In this document: piece by piece, positions 1-14,249 of the stretch
How positions within the stretch are numbered: the stretch's first letter is position 1
How the letters are laid out: every line of letters starts with the position of its first letter
Source of the DNA: Felis catus
Taxonomy: Eukaryota
Length of the DNA stretch: 64,000 bases
Assembly: GCF_018350175.1 (NCBI RefSeq)
Contig: NC_058382.1
Coordinates: forward strand, 61,196,001 to 61,260,000
Direction of reading: 5' to 3'
Notes under the pieces: generated by a model
Told to the model about the DNA's origin: nothing
The model's database searches: none
Seen by the model: the letters and a program-made list of their open reading frames with translations, nothing else
Program-made: the position numbers and the translations under genes

Positions 1-859
1 CCTGAAAAAATAAAGCAAAACAGAATCCAAGAGGTGCAAAGTCCCTTCAAGGTCATGCAGGCCAGGAGTTCTCACACTTTTCTGAACACAATCCACAGTG
101 AGACACACAATCCACACCCTGACCAGGATACACCACACACAAGCAAAACGAAAATGTTCAGAGAGAGTACATACTGCACGTGTGGCACACCAGTGTTTTC
201 TATTCTGTGTCCTTAAAGGAACTGCCAAGACCCACTCCTCTGTGCGATCCGCTACCCTACCCAGCCAATGATTGCCCAGTTCACCCATCTAGGTACCATA
301 TTCCTAAGTGTTTGCCATAAGCATGCACTCACTTCCCAGACCGTCATTTAGCTGGTATTTTCTTTAAATAGAATAACATTCTTATCCCGTTGAAACGAAA
401 ATAAAAACTCCCTTTCCTAAGAGCACTACAATGAAAACAGAGCCCCAAAATGCACCATTGCCCGGCCCTCAAAGCCCTTGCTGCAGCCCTACGAGGAAGC
501 AAACGCTGTGAGCCCTCCCATTTCCTCCAGGTGAGTCCCTGGGCCCCACCCACCTCCCAACCCTGCCAGAGCTCAGGGCAAGTTCTAGGGCTGCAGAGAG
601 GAATGGGGGTCAGCCAACCCCTCAGTAGGACAGGAACGAGCCTCTGCGCCCATTCAAATCACCAACATCACACACGCTCACAAGTGCAACACTCAGCCCA
701 ACAGCAGTCTGGGAGTGTGAGTCCCACACTGGGCTCTTCGCTGTCGGCCCTGTCAGTGCAGAGCCCATTCGGGTCCTCTGTCCCCCTCTCTCTCTGCCCC
801 TTCCCCGCTGATTCTCTCTTTCTGAAAGGAAGCTCTTAATAAACAAAGTAAAATTTAAA

Positions 860-1074
860 AAAATTTTTTTTCAACGTTTATTTATTTTTGGGACAGAGAG
901 AGACAGAGCATGAACGGGGGAGGGGCAGAGAGAGAGGGAGACACAGAATCGGAAACAGGCTCCAGGCTGTGAGCCATCAGCTCAGAGCCTGACGCGGGGC
1001 TCGAACTCACGGACCGCGAGATCGTGACCTGGCTGAGGTCGGACGCTTAACCGACTGCGCCACCCAGGCGCCCC
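860..1074 (-). mobile_element. Young SINEC_Fc inserted into the tail of an older SINE (~715-845, +)
   Basis: Full tRNA-derived head, (CT)n and A tail; TSD ataaacaaagtaaaatttaaa at 839-859 and 1075-1095. Confidence 0.92.
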
Positions 1075-1329
1075 ATAAACAAAGTAAAATTTAAATAGAA
1101 AGGACAAGCACAATTAATACGAATGTAGTGTTCAAGAAAAGACTCTCCATGGTCTGTCAGAATTCACGCTGTGGGTTCCAAATCCTGCCAAGGCATTCAA
1201 AGTCTTGGCTTAAACAAACCTAATGCAGCATCTGAACACCCATTTCCGTTATCTTACAAAAACAAAAAAGTCTTACTGTCGTATCACTAACACTCTCAAG
1301 CCACAAACTGAAATTTAAAATACGAGCCT

Positions 1330-4300
1330 GGGGCACGTGGGTGGCTCGGTCAGTTAAGCATCAGACTTCGGCTCAGGTCATGATCTCATAGTTCATGGGT
1401 TCAAGCCCCGCACCGGGCTCTGTGCTGACAGCTCGAAGCCTGGAGCCTGCTTTGAATTCCGTGTCTCCTCTCTCTCTGCCCCTCCCCCCCCCACTGTCTC
1501 TCAAAATTAATAAACATTAAGTAAATAAATAAAAATATAAACAAACAAACAAACAAAATAGAAGCCTGATGCCTAAGTACAAAAAGACTTTTCGTGTACC
1601 ATTCATGTCTGCCTTATTAAAAGCAGCCACTAACCCACACACATTTAACGTTTACGGGCAAAGATAAAGGCCAAGGCAGGGCAGGCCTTGCAGTCCTAGA
1701 AAAAACGTGCACCAGCGCTATCCCAGACACCAGCACCCACTGAGAGGGCTTGTAACCCCCATCTCTGGCTTGCTGAGTACAGCAGAACTCACTCCCTGGC
1801 CTGAGGCCCTAACGTGCCATGGGCTCACGCCACACTTGCCCACACCCTTTCCTGCAGTCCTTGTTAGCAGCTACGAACCGTTTTATAAGCTAGCTTGTTA
1901 CATTCTTTGCTATTCCAAATCAGCAAAGGAAAGAGAAAGCCCAAGAATAGAAACACAGTAATGGAGAGAAGTCAGCTGTAATAGGGCCAGGGTAAGCAAG
2001 GTTGGTGGTTTAAAAAACAATCATACACACACACATCGGGCACGCTTACATCCCTGTAAAGGGCGGGTATACCTTTCACAGCGCTGCCTGTCTCCTGAAC
2101 AAGGTCAGTCACAAACTGAAACAAGGAGCAGATGACATGTTCCAAGTGGCACAGACAGGGTGGAGCCACCACACTGTGCCCCCCTCCTGGCTCCTAGCCC
2201 GGCCTCCTTCCACCACAGGTGCGCCCCCCACACGACTCCTGCCATCTGACAAGGGAGCACGTCTTTACTGCATGATTAGTGAAGGGCATTCTTTTCCCTG
2301 ACCTTGTCACAGAGGTCTAATTATTTCTGTGTGGAGCATCTGACTTCAAGATTTGTAAACACTGGGGGCGCCTGGGGGGCTCAATTGTTTAAGCTTCCAA
2401 AGTCGGCTCAGGTCGTCATCTCTCGGTTCCCGAGTTTGAGGCACCCCCCCCCCCCCAACAGGCTCTGTGCTGACAGCTCAGAGCCTGGAGCCTGTTTCGG
2501 ATTCTGTGTCTCCCTCTCTCTCTGTTTCTCCTGGCTCATGCTCTGTCTCTCTCTCAAAAATAAAATAAAAACATTAAAAAAAAAAAAAACCCGCATCGAT
2601 CACCTTTAAAATAAAAAAAGATATATAAACACTTATGTATTTGTCAAATGTGTCCTGTTTCCCTACATGTTACAGGGCAAGTGAACGGCTGGAAATACAA
2701 CGGAACAATTCTGACTGTGCCCTCGGTTTCCTCTCGACCCCATGCCCAGATTGCCTGTCACGTGACTACTGCAGCTCCCTCACTGAGCACCCAGCCCACA
2801 CAGCTATCTCAGTTACCCAGCAGTCCTGAAAGTTCTGGGAGCCAGTCTCTACTTAAAGGACATGCCATAAAAGTTTTAGTCATCAAGATTCAAGTATCTA
2901 AGAAATTCCCCCACCACCATGTTGTTACATATCCCTTTTCAAACTTAATTATAAACGTAGTGGGGCCAAGAGCAGGTCACAGTGTTTGTCAAACCCAATT
3001 TTTAGCTCCAGGAAACACCTTTTTTTTTCATTATTGGTTCTACATAATTTACCGCAAATTCACTGATTAACAGTAAGACAGAACCATCTTCTTGTACCAA
3101 AAAAAAAAACATCACAAACCATTCTAACCTGTGCTCCATGTGTCTTCCAAGGAAAACCAGCATGGGCTCCAAGGAGGGACGCCTGGCAGTGTTAAATAAC
3201 CTGAAGACAGTGCACACGCCTCAAAAGCTCTACTCTGGGGGCAGGCAGAGTCAGTAAAGTTACCCAGAATGGCAACCCATGCGTTTTTATAGAAATTCAG
3301 TAGAGACAGAGGGCGACCAAGTTCATTCATCACTTAATCTTCCTCCCGAACTTCCTTTGTATCTCAGACACAAAAGTCATCAGAAGGAGAAAAATTATCT
3401 GAACTACCCCAGGATAAAATTCTGCCCTCAAAGAAGCCCAAGAAAATTTCAAACCATGTCTCAATTCTATAGAATATAACCAATTGCCCTAAAACCAACC
3501 CAACAGTGCATTAATGCAAAAGGGCCAAACAATATTACATAGCGGAAATAAATCAAAATAAATCAGGAAAGTGGGGTGCCCAGCTGGCTCAGTCAGTGGA
3601 GTATGCAACTCCTGATCTCGGGGTTGTGAGTTGGGGGTAGAGATTACTTATAAATAAATCTTTTAAAAGTAAATAAGAAAGTAATACATGATGTTAGTCA
3701 CAGAAGTGGAAGCTGACTTATGCAAGGTCCTCACTATTGGTAATAGTGTGAATGTCCACTTGAGATCAAACACCAGAGGAAGGAAAAATAAAGCCCACAG
3801 GTCAGAAGCACAAAGTCCTGAAGTCATGGGGGGTGGACTGATGATCCTTGGAGGTTCAGGGTGAATCCAGGCTAACTCTCAGTTAGCTTTTCACCTGAAG
3901 CTTCCTTGTAAACATGTGTCAGCAATGCATTCCGGCAGGCAGCAAACGCAACAGCACCCACAGCCTGGGAGAACGCCATTGCTGTCACTGTCCATGGTGT
4001 GTGTGCCTCAGGAAGTGGTAAGTGGGGGTGGGAGGAGAGAGGGCGAGGGGAGACCGCTGGAAGTACCCAAGTCCTGGTCTGTAAGCCTGGCCCACAAGCA
4101 AGGGTCACTCCACTAGTAATGAACACTGTTTGCCCCCATTTACTGGAGACCCGACCCCAGGGGCTCCAACACTGGGGCTCTGGGCAAGAGTGACAGCAGA
4201 GGGGAGCCCATCTGTAGGTGAGGAGAAAGTAATCCTGAGCAGAGGAGGCATTGTGCAGTTAGGGGGAAAGACAGGTGCATGCTAGAATCCCTGACTTTAA

Positions 4301-4827
4301 AAACATGTATCTTGGGGCACCTGGATGGCTCAATTAAGCGTCTGGCTCTCCTTTTCAGTTCAAGTCATGATCTCAGGGTTTCTGAGTTCGAGCCCCACAT
4401 CAAGCTCTGCACTGACAGCATGAGGCCTACTTGGGATTCTCTCCCTCTCTCTCTGTCCCTCCCCTGCTCTCATCCACTCTCCGTCTCTCAAAATAAATAA
4501 GTAAACATTAAAAAGAAAAAAAAAAGTATGACCTTGTTCTCAGTGATATCCTGGGAAACTTCTGTGTTCTTTCCTCAGATCCCAACAAAATGCCTGGCAG
4601 TTCAAGAGGGGGAGAAGAGAAGGGCACAAGAGAGTAACAGTGGGAGCAGAGAACCAAGGTCCACAGCGCTGACTGGGGAAAGACCACAACTAAACAGTAT
4701 ACACAGTTTCCTCTCACATTTAAAAAACGTGGCTCAGTCAGTTAAGCATCTGACTAGATTTCAGCTCAGGTCATGATCTTACAATTTGCGGCTTGGAGCC
4801 CCGCGTCAGGCTCAGTGCTGACATGGG

Positions 4828-4863
<36 letters not shown>

Positions 4864-4915
4864 CCCCTCCCCAGTTCATGCATGCACACACATGCTCTCA
4901 AAATAAACTTTTTTA
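1330..4915 (+). mobile_element. Dispersed CAN-SINEs (~1330-1560, 2365-2590, 3573-3670, 4314-4525, 4729-4915)
   Basis: ggggcacctgggtggctcagtcggttaag-type heads, (CT)n and aaaataaataaa tails. Confidence 0.85.
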
Positions 4916-5599
4916 AAACGTTACATTTTTAAATATGCACACTTATTTTCATACACATCAGAAAGGCGCTGCAGATTCTGTAAGATTCGACCAGCAACCG
5001 CAGTGCAGCTCTAAGGAGTGGGTAAACATAGGGTTGCCAGCTTCTGCTGTGAAGACCTGAATGCTGCTCAGAATATTGTGCTTTTGTAACTTTTGTAAAA
5101 AAAAAGGACACAAAAACTTAAGACTTGAGACAGAATGTAAGAACCAGACTGAGTAAAGCTGACCAGAAAGAGAACTATGCAGTCTGCCAGGACCATACCC
5201 ACACCTAAGGATCTAGAAGTACTTCCAGTTAAATCTAACCCTGATCCATGTTTAAAATTCTCAAGTTTTAAGTGCTAAACTCCTCATTTTCATATTTATT
5301 GCTGATGAGTGCTTACTTATGAACCTACAAAACTCAAATCCTTTCTCATGGTTACAGTTCCCAGACCGTCTAAAACCTACCATTTACGAATGTACTCATA
5401 AATTCCTAATTTCTCTGAATTGTCAGGATAATCTAAATTCTTGAATATCTTCCCAGGTAAGGTACTGTTACATCTTACTTATTTAAATTTCACCCATAAA
5501 TTAAGTAAGTACCCTTAATATCAGCCATCAGAATCACTGGTGGAAACATAAACTACCATGACCTCTAATCCTGGTTTTGACACAAAGTACAACAGGCTC

Positions 5600-5745
5600 A
5601 CACTTACCACTTTACCAATTATCTATGGCTATTCTCGTGGTTCATTGGCAAAGCTGGGTCCTTGCGACAGAGACCTATGTATGGCCCACAAAGTCCAAAG
5701 TATTTACCACCTGGCCCTTTATAGACAAAGTCTGCCAACCCCTTG
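5600..5745. mobile_element. MER58A-like hAT-Charlie DNA transposon remnant
   Basis: Terminus ...gagacc..tatggcccacaaagtccaaagtatttaccacctggccctttatagacaaagtctgccaacccct. Confidence 0.7.
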
Positions 5746-5869
5746 ACCTGTGCTCAGAGCCCAGGGTTTTACTCAACCAAAGATAAAGCGTTCACATGCT
5801 AGATAAGCGGGTAAGATTGCTGCTTTTAAAGATTTTTAAGGGCTTTTATTTTAAAAGTTAATTATCTGA

Positions 5870-5964
5870 ATGGCTTAGTCGGTTGAGCGTCTGACTCTTG
5901 ATGATGGCTCAGCTTGTGATCCCACGGTCGTGGCTCCACACTAAGCATGGAACCAGCTTAAGGT

Positions 5965-6012
<48 letters not shown>

Positions 6013-6170
6013 CCTCTTGTCACCTTGTGCGCACTCTCTCTCTCAAATAAAAAAGAGGAGGGGCACCTGGGTGGCTCAGTAGGTTGAGCATCTGACTCTT
6101 GATTTTGGCTCAGGTCATGGCCTCACAGGAGTGTCAGGCTCCATGCTGACAGTTGAGGAATCTGCTTGGG

Positions 6171-6223
<53 letters not shown>

Positions 6224-6458
6224 CCCCCACTCACTTTCAAAAAAAAATTTAATAAATAATAAATAAATGATAAAATCTTAAAAAAAAAAAAAATCCTGGG
6301 GCGTCTGGGTGGCTCAATCGGTTAAGTGTCCAACTTCAGCTCAGGTCGTGATCTCACAGTTTGTAAGTTGGAGCTCTGCATCTGACTCTGCTGACGGCTC
6401 AGAGCCTGGAGCCGGCTTCAGATTCTGTGTCTCCCTCTCTCTCTGCCCCTCCCCTGCT

Positions 6459-6498
<40 letters not shown>

Positions 6499-7185
6499 CT
6501 CTCTCTCTCTCGCTCTCTCTCTCTCTCAAAAATAAACATTAATAATTATAATAATTAATAATTAATTTTTAAAATAATAATTATTAATAATTAATAATTA
6601 ATTATAATAATTAATTATTTTTTTAATAAAAAAATCCTGAAGCAGCAATCCCTCACAGAGCATTTATTTCCCTATTAGTTTCCTCAAAACTTCTTTTTTT
6701 TTTACGTTTATTTATTTTTGAGACAGAGAGAGACAGAGCATGAACGGGGGAGGGTCAGAGAGAGAGAGAGAGACACAGAATCGGAAGCAGGCTCCAGGCT
6801 CTGAGCCATCAGCCCAGAGCCCGACGCGGGGCTCGAACTCACAGACCGCGAGATCATGACCTGAGCCGAAGTCAGACGCTCAACCGACTGAGCCACCCAG
6901 GCGCCCCTCCTCGAAACTTCTAAAAGGAATTTATAGGGTCACCTGGGTGGTTCAGTCGGTTAAGTGTCCGACTTCGGCTCAGGTCCTTATCTCACGGTTC
7001 GTGGGCTTGAGCCCCACGTAGAGCTCTGGGCTGACAGCTAGGAGCCTGGGGCTGCTTTGGATTCTGTGTCTCCCTCTCTCTCTCTCTGCCCCTCCCCCAC
7101 TCATGCTCGCTCTCTCTCTTGCGCGCGCTCCCCCCCCCAAAATAAAGAAACATGAAAAAAATATTTAATTAAAAAATTAAAAAAA
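5870..7185. mobile_element. Cluster of five CAN-SINEs (5870-6055 +, 6060-6270 +, 6298-6635 +, 6694-6907 -, 6936-7185 +)
   Basis: Characteristic heads and tails; TSDs aaaaaatcctg and tcctc(a/g)aaacttct. Confidence 0.9.
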
Positions 7186-7599
7186 TAAATGGAATCTATA
7201 GCTAAGTTAAAGCGCTAATTAGCATAATTTCCCTCCCTTTGTGCTACGAGCCAAACTGCCTTTCCTGCTGCCATGGTGTCACCTAGGACAAAGTGCTAGT
7301 AACTAGCTTACTGACGATGGTCCTGGGTACTTCAAAGGGAATGGCTAACAGGAGGCAAGAGAGATGTTTTTTAACTAAAACTACAAAGCACCCTTTCATG
7401 AGCACGAACATACACGGGCAGACAGAACAGCACGACGAGAAGATGTTAGCACAGGAGATACAGCTACCAGCAAACAGACTTGTCCCCCAGCTCTATGGTT
7501 ACGTACCTGCCCAAAGGCGGGGAGACAGCGCAGGTGAGCGACCAGAGTGGGGCTCTGGAGCCGGCTAGCCCGGGGGATTGCCAGCCCAATCTTTCAGGC

Positions 7600-7780
7600 A
7601 ATGCCAGTGTTGTCACTCATGACCTGGGCAGGTGGCTGGGCCTCTCTGTGCCTCGACGTACCCTCCTCTGCAACAGGGAGAAGAGCGGCACCAGTGCCTT
7701 GGGGGCACCGAGGTCAAGTGAATTACTGTGGTCTAGCACACAGAACGGCACCCGGCAAGAGGCCCCGTAACTGTGCTGCG
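7600..7780. mobile_element. MIR remnant
   Basis: tgacctgggcaggtggctgggcctctctgtgcctc...ctctgcaa core. Confidence 0.55.
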
Positions 7781-8889
7781 GCACCGGGACTCACGGGGGA
7801 GGGGCTTTATGAAGGGCCCGGAGGTGGACACCACAGGGGAGGAGCAGAGTCCACCAGGAGCGGCAGAGCCCTGAAGAGCTGCTTTCAAGTAACTGAACGT
7901 GCAAAGTCCTGCAAAGTCCTGCCCTCCTGGAGGGGTCATGACCCCCGCAGGCCTGCAGATAAGGCCGAGAATAGACAGAGAAGAGCGGTGAGGCCAGCAT
8001 TTAGCCCAGCATCGACTTTGTTCTAGATCAAACTGTTCTAGATCACCTACAGGTGTAAGAGCCTGGGTCGCAGTTTGCAAATCCTCCGCCCTGACCCAAT
8101 GGGTAAGGGAACCTTTAAGAATGGGCAAGTTCTTAGAGCAACCGTGCTGCACCCAGTTAAGGAGGTAATTTTTTAATAAGCACTCCTCTTACATCATTTG
8201 CCAATTTTCTTCTTCATAAACTACCAATTGGAGCTTTTTATTTTTTTATTTTTATTTATTTTTTTTAATGTGTATTTATCTTTGACAGAGACAGACCAAA
8301 CACGAGCAGGGGAGAGAGATCATGAGATCATGACCGTGAGATCATGACCTGAGCCGAAGTTGGACGCTGAACCGACTGAGCCACCCAAGTGCCCCTAAAT
8401 CTGAGCTTTTTAAATGCAGTCTCCACAGACAAGTCCTCAAACTCTAAGCTCTTCAGCAGTGACCAACGTCACAGACACCTTTGAATTGGTTCCACGTGAG
8501 GCGCTGTGTCAGGGCACATCTCTGCAGCAAGACAAAGTCATGAAGACACGCACAGGTCTCAAAACATCACAGCAGGGGAAGATACCACCCAAAGGGACAG
8601 AACAGAGAACTCCAGGCCTCTATCCCTCCAAAACCGGCAATGAACAAGTAGTCAAAGTGGTCAGAAGTATGAAGGACAGGATGCAAGGAAAAGCTCCCGT
8701 CTAAGGGAACAACAGCACTTAACGAGGTAGCTGCTGGATCTCCCCAGGAGGTCACTGTGCCGATGGGCCTGCTCGCCAGCCCCCCACCCCCTTGAAGACA
8801 GCTGCCCACACCTATCAGGCAGGACGCTGGGACCAGGGGGAGCGGTATTCTCAAAGAACTGTGCATGTGCTCCTGACCTATATGTTCAG

Positions 8890-10140
8890 GAAGCGAAATG
8901 ATCCAACTACTGTGAGAGCCTGGTAATTCTTCACAAAGTTAAACACAGAATGGCCATATGACCCAGCCATTCCACTGCTAGGCATACGCCCAAAAGGTGT
9001 TCAAACAGACCTTTGCACACATACGCTCTCAGCAGCACTGGTCACGAAGGCAGAAAGGTGAAAACAGCCCGCATGCCCATCCACAGGTGGGTGGCAGAAT
9101 GTATCCATCCATATGGTGGAGTGTGGTGTTTTTTTTTGTTTTGTTTTGTTTTGTTTTGAATTTCTTTAGTTTATTTAGAGAGAGAGAGAGAGAGAGAGGG
9201 AGGGTGGGAGGGAGGGAGGGAGGGAGGGAGGGAAGGGGCGCAGGCAAGGGGCAGAGAGAGAGGGACAGAGAGAACCGCAGGCAGGCTCCGCATTGTCAGC
9301 TCAGAGTCCGATGTGGGGCTTGAACTCACGAACTGTGAGATCATGACCTGAGTCGAAACCAAGAGTCAGACGCTTAACTGACTGAGTCCCCTCAGGCGCC
9401 CCTGGAGTATTTTTCACACATGAAAAGTTCCAGCATATGCTACGACATGGCTGAGCCCTGAAGACGTCCTACCAAGTTAAAGAAGCCAGACGCAAAAACC
9501 CAACCTTGTGGGGCACTGTCAGCAGGGCACACGACTCCTAATCTCAGGGTCATGAGTTCAAACCCCACACTGGGCATAAAGATTACTTAAAAGGGGCAGG
9601 GGGGGGGAAATCTAGTATGATTCATTTATATGAAATGTCCAGAACAGGCAAATCTACACAGAGCCAAAGGAGACTGCATGCCTGGCAGGGCGTCTGAGGG
9701 AGGGAGAGGGGCACGAGCAGTGGCTGCTTAATGGGACAGAGTTTCTTTCCGAGGGTAGAAGTCTTCTTAAACCAGGTAGTGACGGGCACAAAGCACTGGG
9801 AGCACTGCATTTCTTGTACTAATTTTTCCTCCGTTTAAAAAAAATATCACGCTGTGGGAGTGACAGGAGACTCCAAATACTGCATCCTGCATGATTCCCT
9901 GTATGCAAAATTCGGAAACAGGCAAAACACACCCGTGCCCAAGGAAAACCGGTGTCCGCTCAGGGTGAGGCTACAGCTGGGAGTGGGGGTTACAGGCTAC
10001 AAAAGAACTTGCTGAGGTAAGGGGACTGTTCTAGATCAAAACTTGCTGTCGGTTACATGGGGTTAAACACGACTATCAAAAGCCATTTAATTGCAGGTTT
10101 CAGAACGGGCAATTGTATTGTCTGAAGTATTCCTGTAGAA
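8890..10140 (+). mobile_element. Old L1 (L1M) 3' fragments with nested SINEs (9128-9403 -, 9510-9590 +)
   Basis: ttaaacacagaatggccatatgacccagccattccactgctagg; atgattcatttatatgaaatgtccagaacaggcaaatc. Confidence 0.8.
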
Positions 10141-11129
10141 ATGTCACCAACACATTCCCAAGTACATCAGTGATTATCACAAGAAACACGCAAACAAAAC
10201 AAACAAACAAACAAAGGAAACACACAAACAGGGAGCTGGATGGACCAGGAGAAATGACACACAGTGGTTAACATGGGGTCAAGTCCAAGGACAGAGGCCA
10301 TGGGCCTCCTAGAGGGAGCGTCTGCCGACGCAGTTGGCCTTGGGCTCTCAGGGTGACACCGCTGCAGAGAAGTGACCACGGTGATGCTACACAGTGCTCT
10401 AGCTTACTCTACAGTTCCAGTGGACGGCTAAACATGACCCTGGCGCGTGCAGACGTGTTCCATTAATCACCTCCAAAGCTGCTACAAAGAAGCTGCTTCA
10501 CTTAACAACATCGCAACAAAACTTGACTTAAATTCTCCCCAAACGAAAAATCCCTGCCTTATTTCTTATTTAAGTGTATCTTTTACATCCTAAAGCTGCT
10601 TCCAATCCGTCCAGTGCCACCAGCCCTCAGCCATTTCCCCTTCGCGGTCTCCAGAGTTTCTCTACCCCGGCCGTGAAAGAAGAAGCGTCTTGAGGTGAAA
10701 ACCACCATCATAAAGGTTGAAGAGAGACCGTCCGTCCTCTCTCTGGAGTCATCACCTACTTGCGAGGAGGACCCAAGTGCTGGCAGCCCAGACAAATCCA
10801 GGCAGAATCTCCATCCACACTCCAGCCACACTCTTCATCACCATCCAATCCTAAGTTTCAAATGCCAGTGTCACTGAAGACTGCTCTGGATTAATCAGCA
10901 AAAACTAATTTTAGTAAGTTTCGACGAAGGAGTACAGGTCATTTGAATCCTACGACAAAACCACAGAGGGCATGAAGCACACCTGCTGGAGGGCAGAGCG
11001 TGAGGCCCTCGGGGACGAAGCCCGTGTCTCAAGTGCAATTTGCTACAGAAAACCAAGTTGTATTGAACGCGTGACACACCACAGTCACTCAAGTAAATAA
11101 ACGTCAGTATTTGTGATCAGTTATAATAT

Positions 11130-12263
11130 CTGAGCTTTCAGGAAAAAATACTAAAGTTCTAGAAAGTCCTGGCTTTGCCCAAGGTGGATTAAAAGGAACT
11201 GGACCTCTACTCCCCTTAAACCTGGACAGAAAGGAGGAAACAATGGTTTCGAGACACTGGACATCAAGCGATGAGGAAAGCGACCCCCGAGAGATGGAAA
11301 ATAGGTGAAGTGAGCTCACACCTGCTCGGCTTCCTGCTTGGGGAGAGCTTCCAGGCCACGGCGTGGGCAGCGCAAACCCAGAAGAGTGGCCTCCCTGCCT
11401 GGAGAGGAAGACATCATGCTCCCAGCAGCCCAAAGCAGCTGGACTTGGCCGCGAGGCCACAGAGGAAGAAGCGCACAAGCAGGTGTGAGGTTGGCTACGG
11501 AGCGCACGCAGCACCGGACGACAAAGGATGAAATGAACTAACAGAAGCAGACTGCTTCAGGGGGCCCGAAAACATCCACACCAGAGCCCGAGATGTTTGC
11601 AGTAATACAAAATATCCAACCACAGGTAGGATACAAAGACCAGTGTCTGCAACGCCATCAAACATCGCCCAGCTCTGCAGAGAACCTGAGCAGAAGCGAG
11701 ACCCAGCAGCCAGAAGTGACACAGAGAAGACGAGTGAGAGTTAGGACACAGAAGACACGTGAAGATCTGGAAAGGGCCCACATCACACTTCTTGAAATTA
11801 ACACCACAAGGAATGAGGTAAAAAAAAAAAAAAAAAAAAAAAAAGATACAAGGGGCACCTGTACGGGTGGCTCAGTCAGTTCACGCTTCCAACTTCGGCT
11901 CAGGGCTCGATCTCACACTTTGAGGGTTTGAGCCTCAGGTGGGGCTCCGCACAAACAGTGCAGAGCCGGCCTGGGATTCTCTCTCTCCCTCTCTCTGCCC
12001 TTCGCCCACCTCTTTCTCTCTCTAAAATAAGTAAATAAACTTAAAAAAAATTTTTTTGAGACAAAAATGGCTGACATTTTAGACATTGCAGAAGAAAAGA
12101 GTAGTGCGCATGGAAACACAGCAACAGAAATTATCCAAAATAAGACACAGAGAGGGGTGCCTAGGTGGCTCAGTTGGTTAAGCTTCCAACTTCCACTCAG
12201 GTCATGATTGTGAGTTCAAGCCCCAAATCAGGCTCTGTGCTGACAGCGCAGAGCCTGCTTGGG

Positions 12264-12302
<39 letters not shown>

Positions 12303-13315
12303 CTCCTCCTCCTCCTCCTCCTCCTCCTCCTCCTCCCTCCTCCTCCTCCCCCTGCCCCTCCTCTACATGTGCACACGCGCACGCACATGCGCTCTCTCTC
12401 AAAATAAACAAACTTTAAAAAATAAAATGGTCAAAGGACTTGAGCAGACATTTCTCCAAAGAAAGTATACAAATGAACCATAAACACATGAAAAGATGCT
12501 TGACATCAGCAGTCATTAGGAAGATGCAAATCAAAACAACGAGATACCAATCCACACTCATTAGGATGGCTACTATCAAACAGTCAACCAATCAAATCAA
12601 TCAACCAAGAGCCGGTGTTGGCAGGGATGTGGAGAAAGTGGACCCTGTGCACTGCTGGCAGGAATGTAAAACAGTGTAGTCGCTGTGGGAAACAGTACAC
12701 ACTATGACAGCTCCTCAAAAAGTGAACAGAATTTTACCACTTGATCCAGCAACTCTAGCTCTTTGTACACACACACAAGTGGTCAAAGGAGGGACTTGAA
12801 CATTTATTTGCACACTCATGTTCACAGCAGCACTACTCCCAATAACTGAAAAGTGGAAACAACTTAAGTGTTCGTACGATAACGTGTCCAAATGACGAAT
12901 TTCAAATAAACAAAATGTGGTCTATACAGACAAGGCAACGTGACTCATCCTTAAAGAGGAAGGATGCTCCAACACCTGCTACAACATGGGTGAACCTTAA
13001 AGACATTATGCTGGGTGAGATAAGCCAGACAGAAAAGGACAAAACAGTGTAGGATTCTACTTCTATGTGAGGGACCAGAATAGTCAAATCCACAGACAGA
13101 AGACAGAATGGATGCAGGAGCGAGGGGAAGGAAACACGGAGTCAAAGTTTAACGGGGACAGAGTTTCGGTGTGGGAGGAAGGGAGATGAAACAGCTGTGG
13201 ACACGGACGGTGCTGATGGCTGCACGGGATGTGACTACAACGCCACGAGACTGTACCCTTAAAAATGGCCACGATGTGTATTTTATATTATATATATTTT
13301 ACCACAATAGAAAGA
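11130..13315 (+). mobile_element. L1M 5'/ORF1-like remnants plus an L1 ORF2-end/3'UTR segment (12420-13315), with SINEs at 11852-12055 and 12154-12420
   Basis: 12440 ORF translates as an L1 ORF2 C-terminus ([30 protein letters not shown]); typical L1MB-like 3'UTR. Confidence 0.8.
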
Positions 13316-14249
13316 AAACTCAGGTTTGCAAGAATCCAGTTTTAAGGAGGTTTTACCAGACAGGGAAAATTTCATAGAGCCATTTCTTTACTATCCTGTT
13401 TCAGTTGCCAAACTTTTCTCCAAACTTTTTCTCGTCACCTAGGAAAAGAAGGCTAAATGTCTCCTCGAACACTAATTATTAGGGTCAGTTCTATTAAAAC
13501 ATTACGTTTCAAAAACTCAGGTTCTCTCTAAAAATCAGTAGCTTTACTACTAATTCAGCCTGTCCAACACTTTTCAGACTAAATCACCGTGCTCTCCCTC
13601 CTCACCACCTGTGTGTGAAGTTCTGCACAGCACCCGCCACCGCGATCTCCAGCTCCGTGTATTCTCAGCTGATGGTCTGGCGTCTGTCACAAGCTTCAGT
13701 TTACAAGCAGCCTTGTTAGCACCAGCTCAACCGTCCCAAATACTTCACATCGCTTTTATTCCAGAGCAAAGTGTTTAGTTCACATTCAATTCAAAATTAA
13801 TGCCTGAGTCTAGCACGTGTGCATGATTGTTAACAAGGGACAACAGCTTTCTTTCCTCACCCCTTCTGGACAAGTCTGTGCACGTGTGAGGGAGGGGCCT
13901 CCTGTCCAGGACGCAATTACACTCACAAAACATCAATGCTGCCAGATCGCAGTGCTGATCACTATACTCTTTTCGTCCAAAAGTTCTTAAAGTGACATTT
14001 TGGAAAGAATACAGCCACATAAGAGCACCGGAAAACAGGACGATACACGCCAGGTCAGGTGGACAGATAACCCAAGTCTAGAATCACCGCCGAACAAACT
14101 ACACAGAAGGAAGGAGCAAAGTCAAAATTTCAGCAAAGCTGAAAGAACCCTTCAAAGACCAGAGTCACTGTCAGGTAGTGCTGCATTCATGTCAGATGAC
14201 AGGGTGCAGCAAACAGAGGCCAGAAGGCACAATCTGGCCCAACGCCATT

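Noticed and set aside
6309..6896. Recurrent MAQSV..TSAQVMIS..SSPASGS ORFs seen throughout the window
   Set aside because: Translations of the SINE consensus, not a protein family
8018..8045. Short direct duplications (tgttctagatca x2; similar at 7901, 13408, 17125, 44389, 45076, 56283)
   Set aside because: Ordinary micro-duplications with no shared motif or periodicity
12202..12483. Poly-Ser/Leu/Arg/Gly ORFs
   Set aside because: Translations of a (CT)n/(CCT)n expansion inside a SINE
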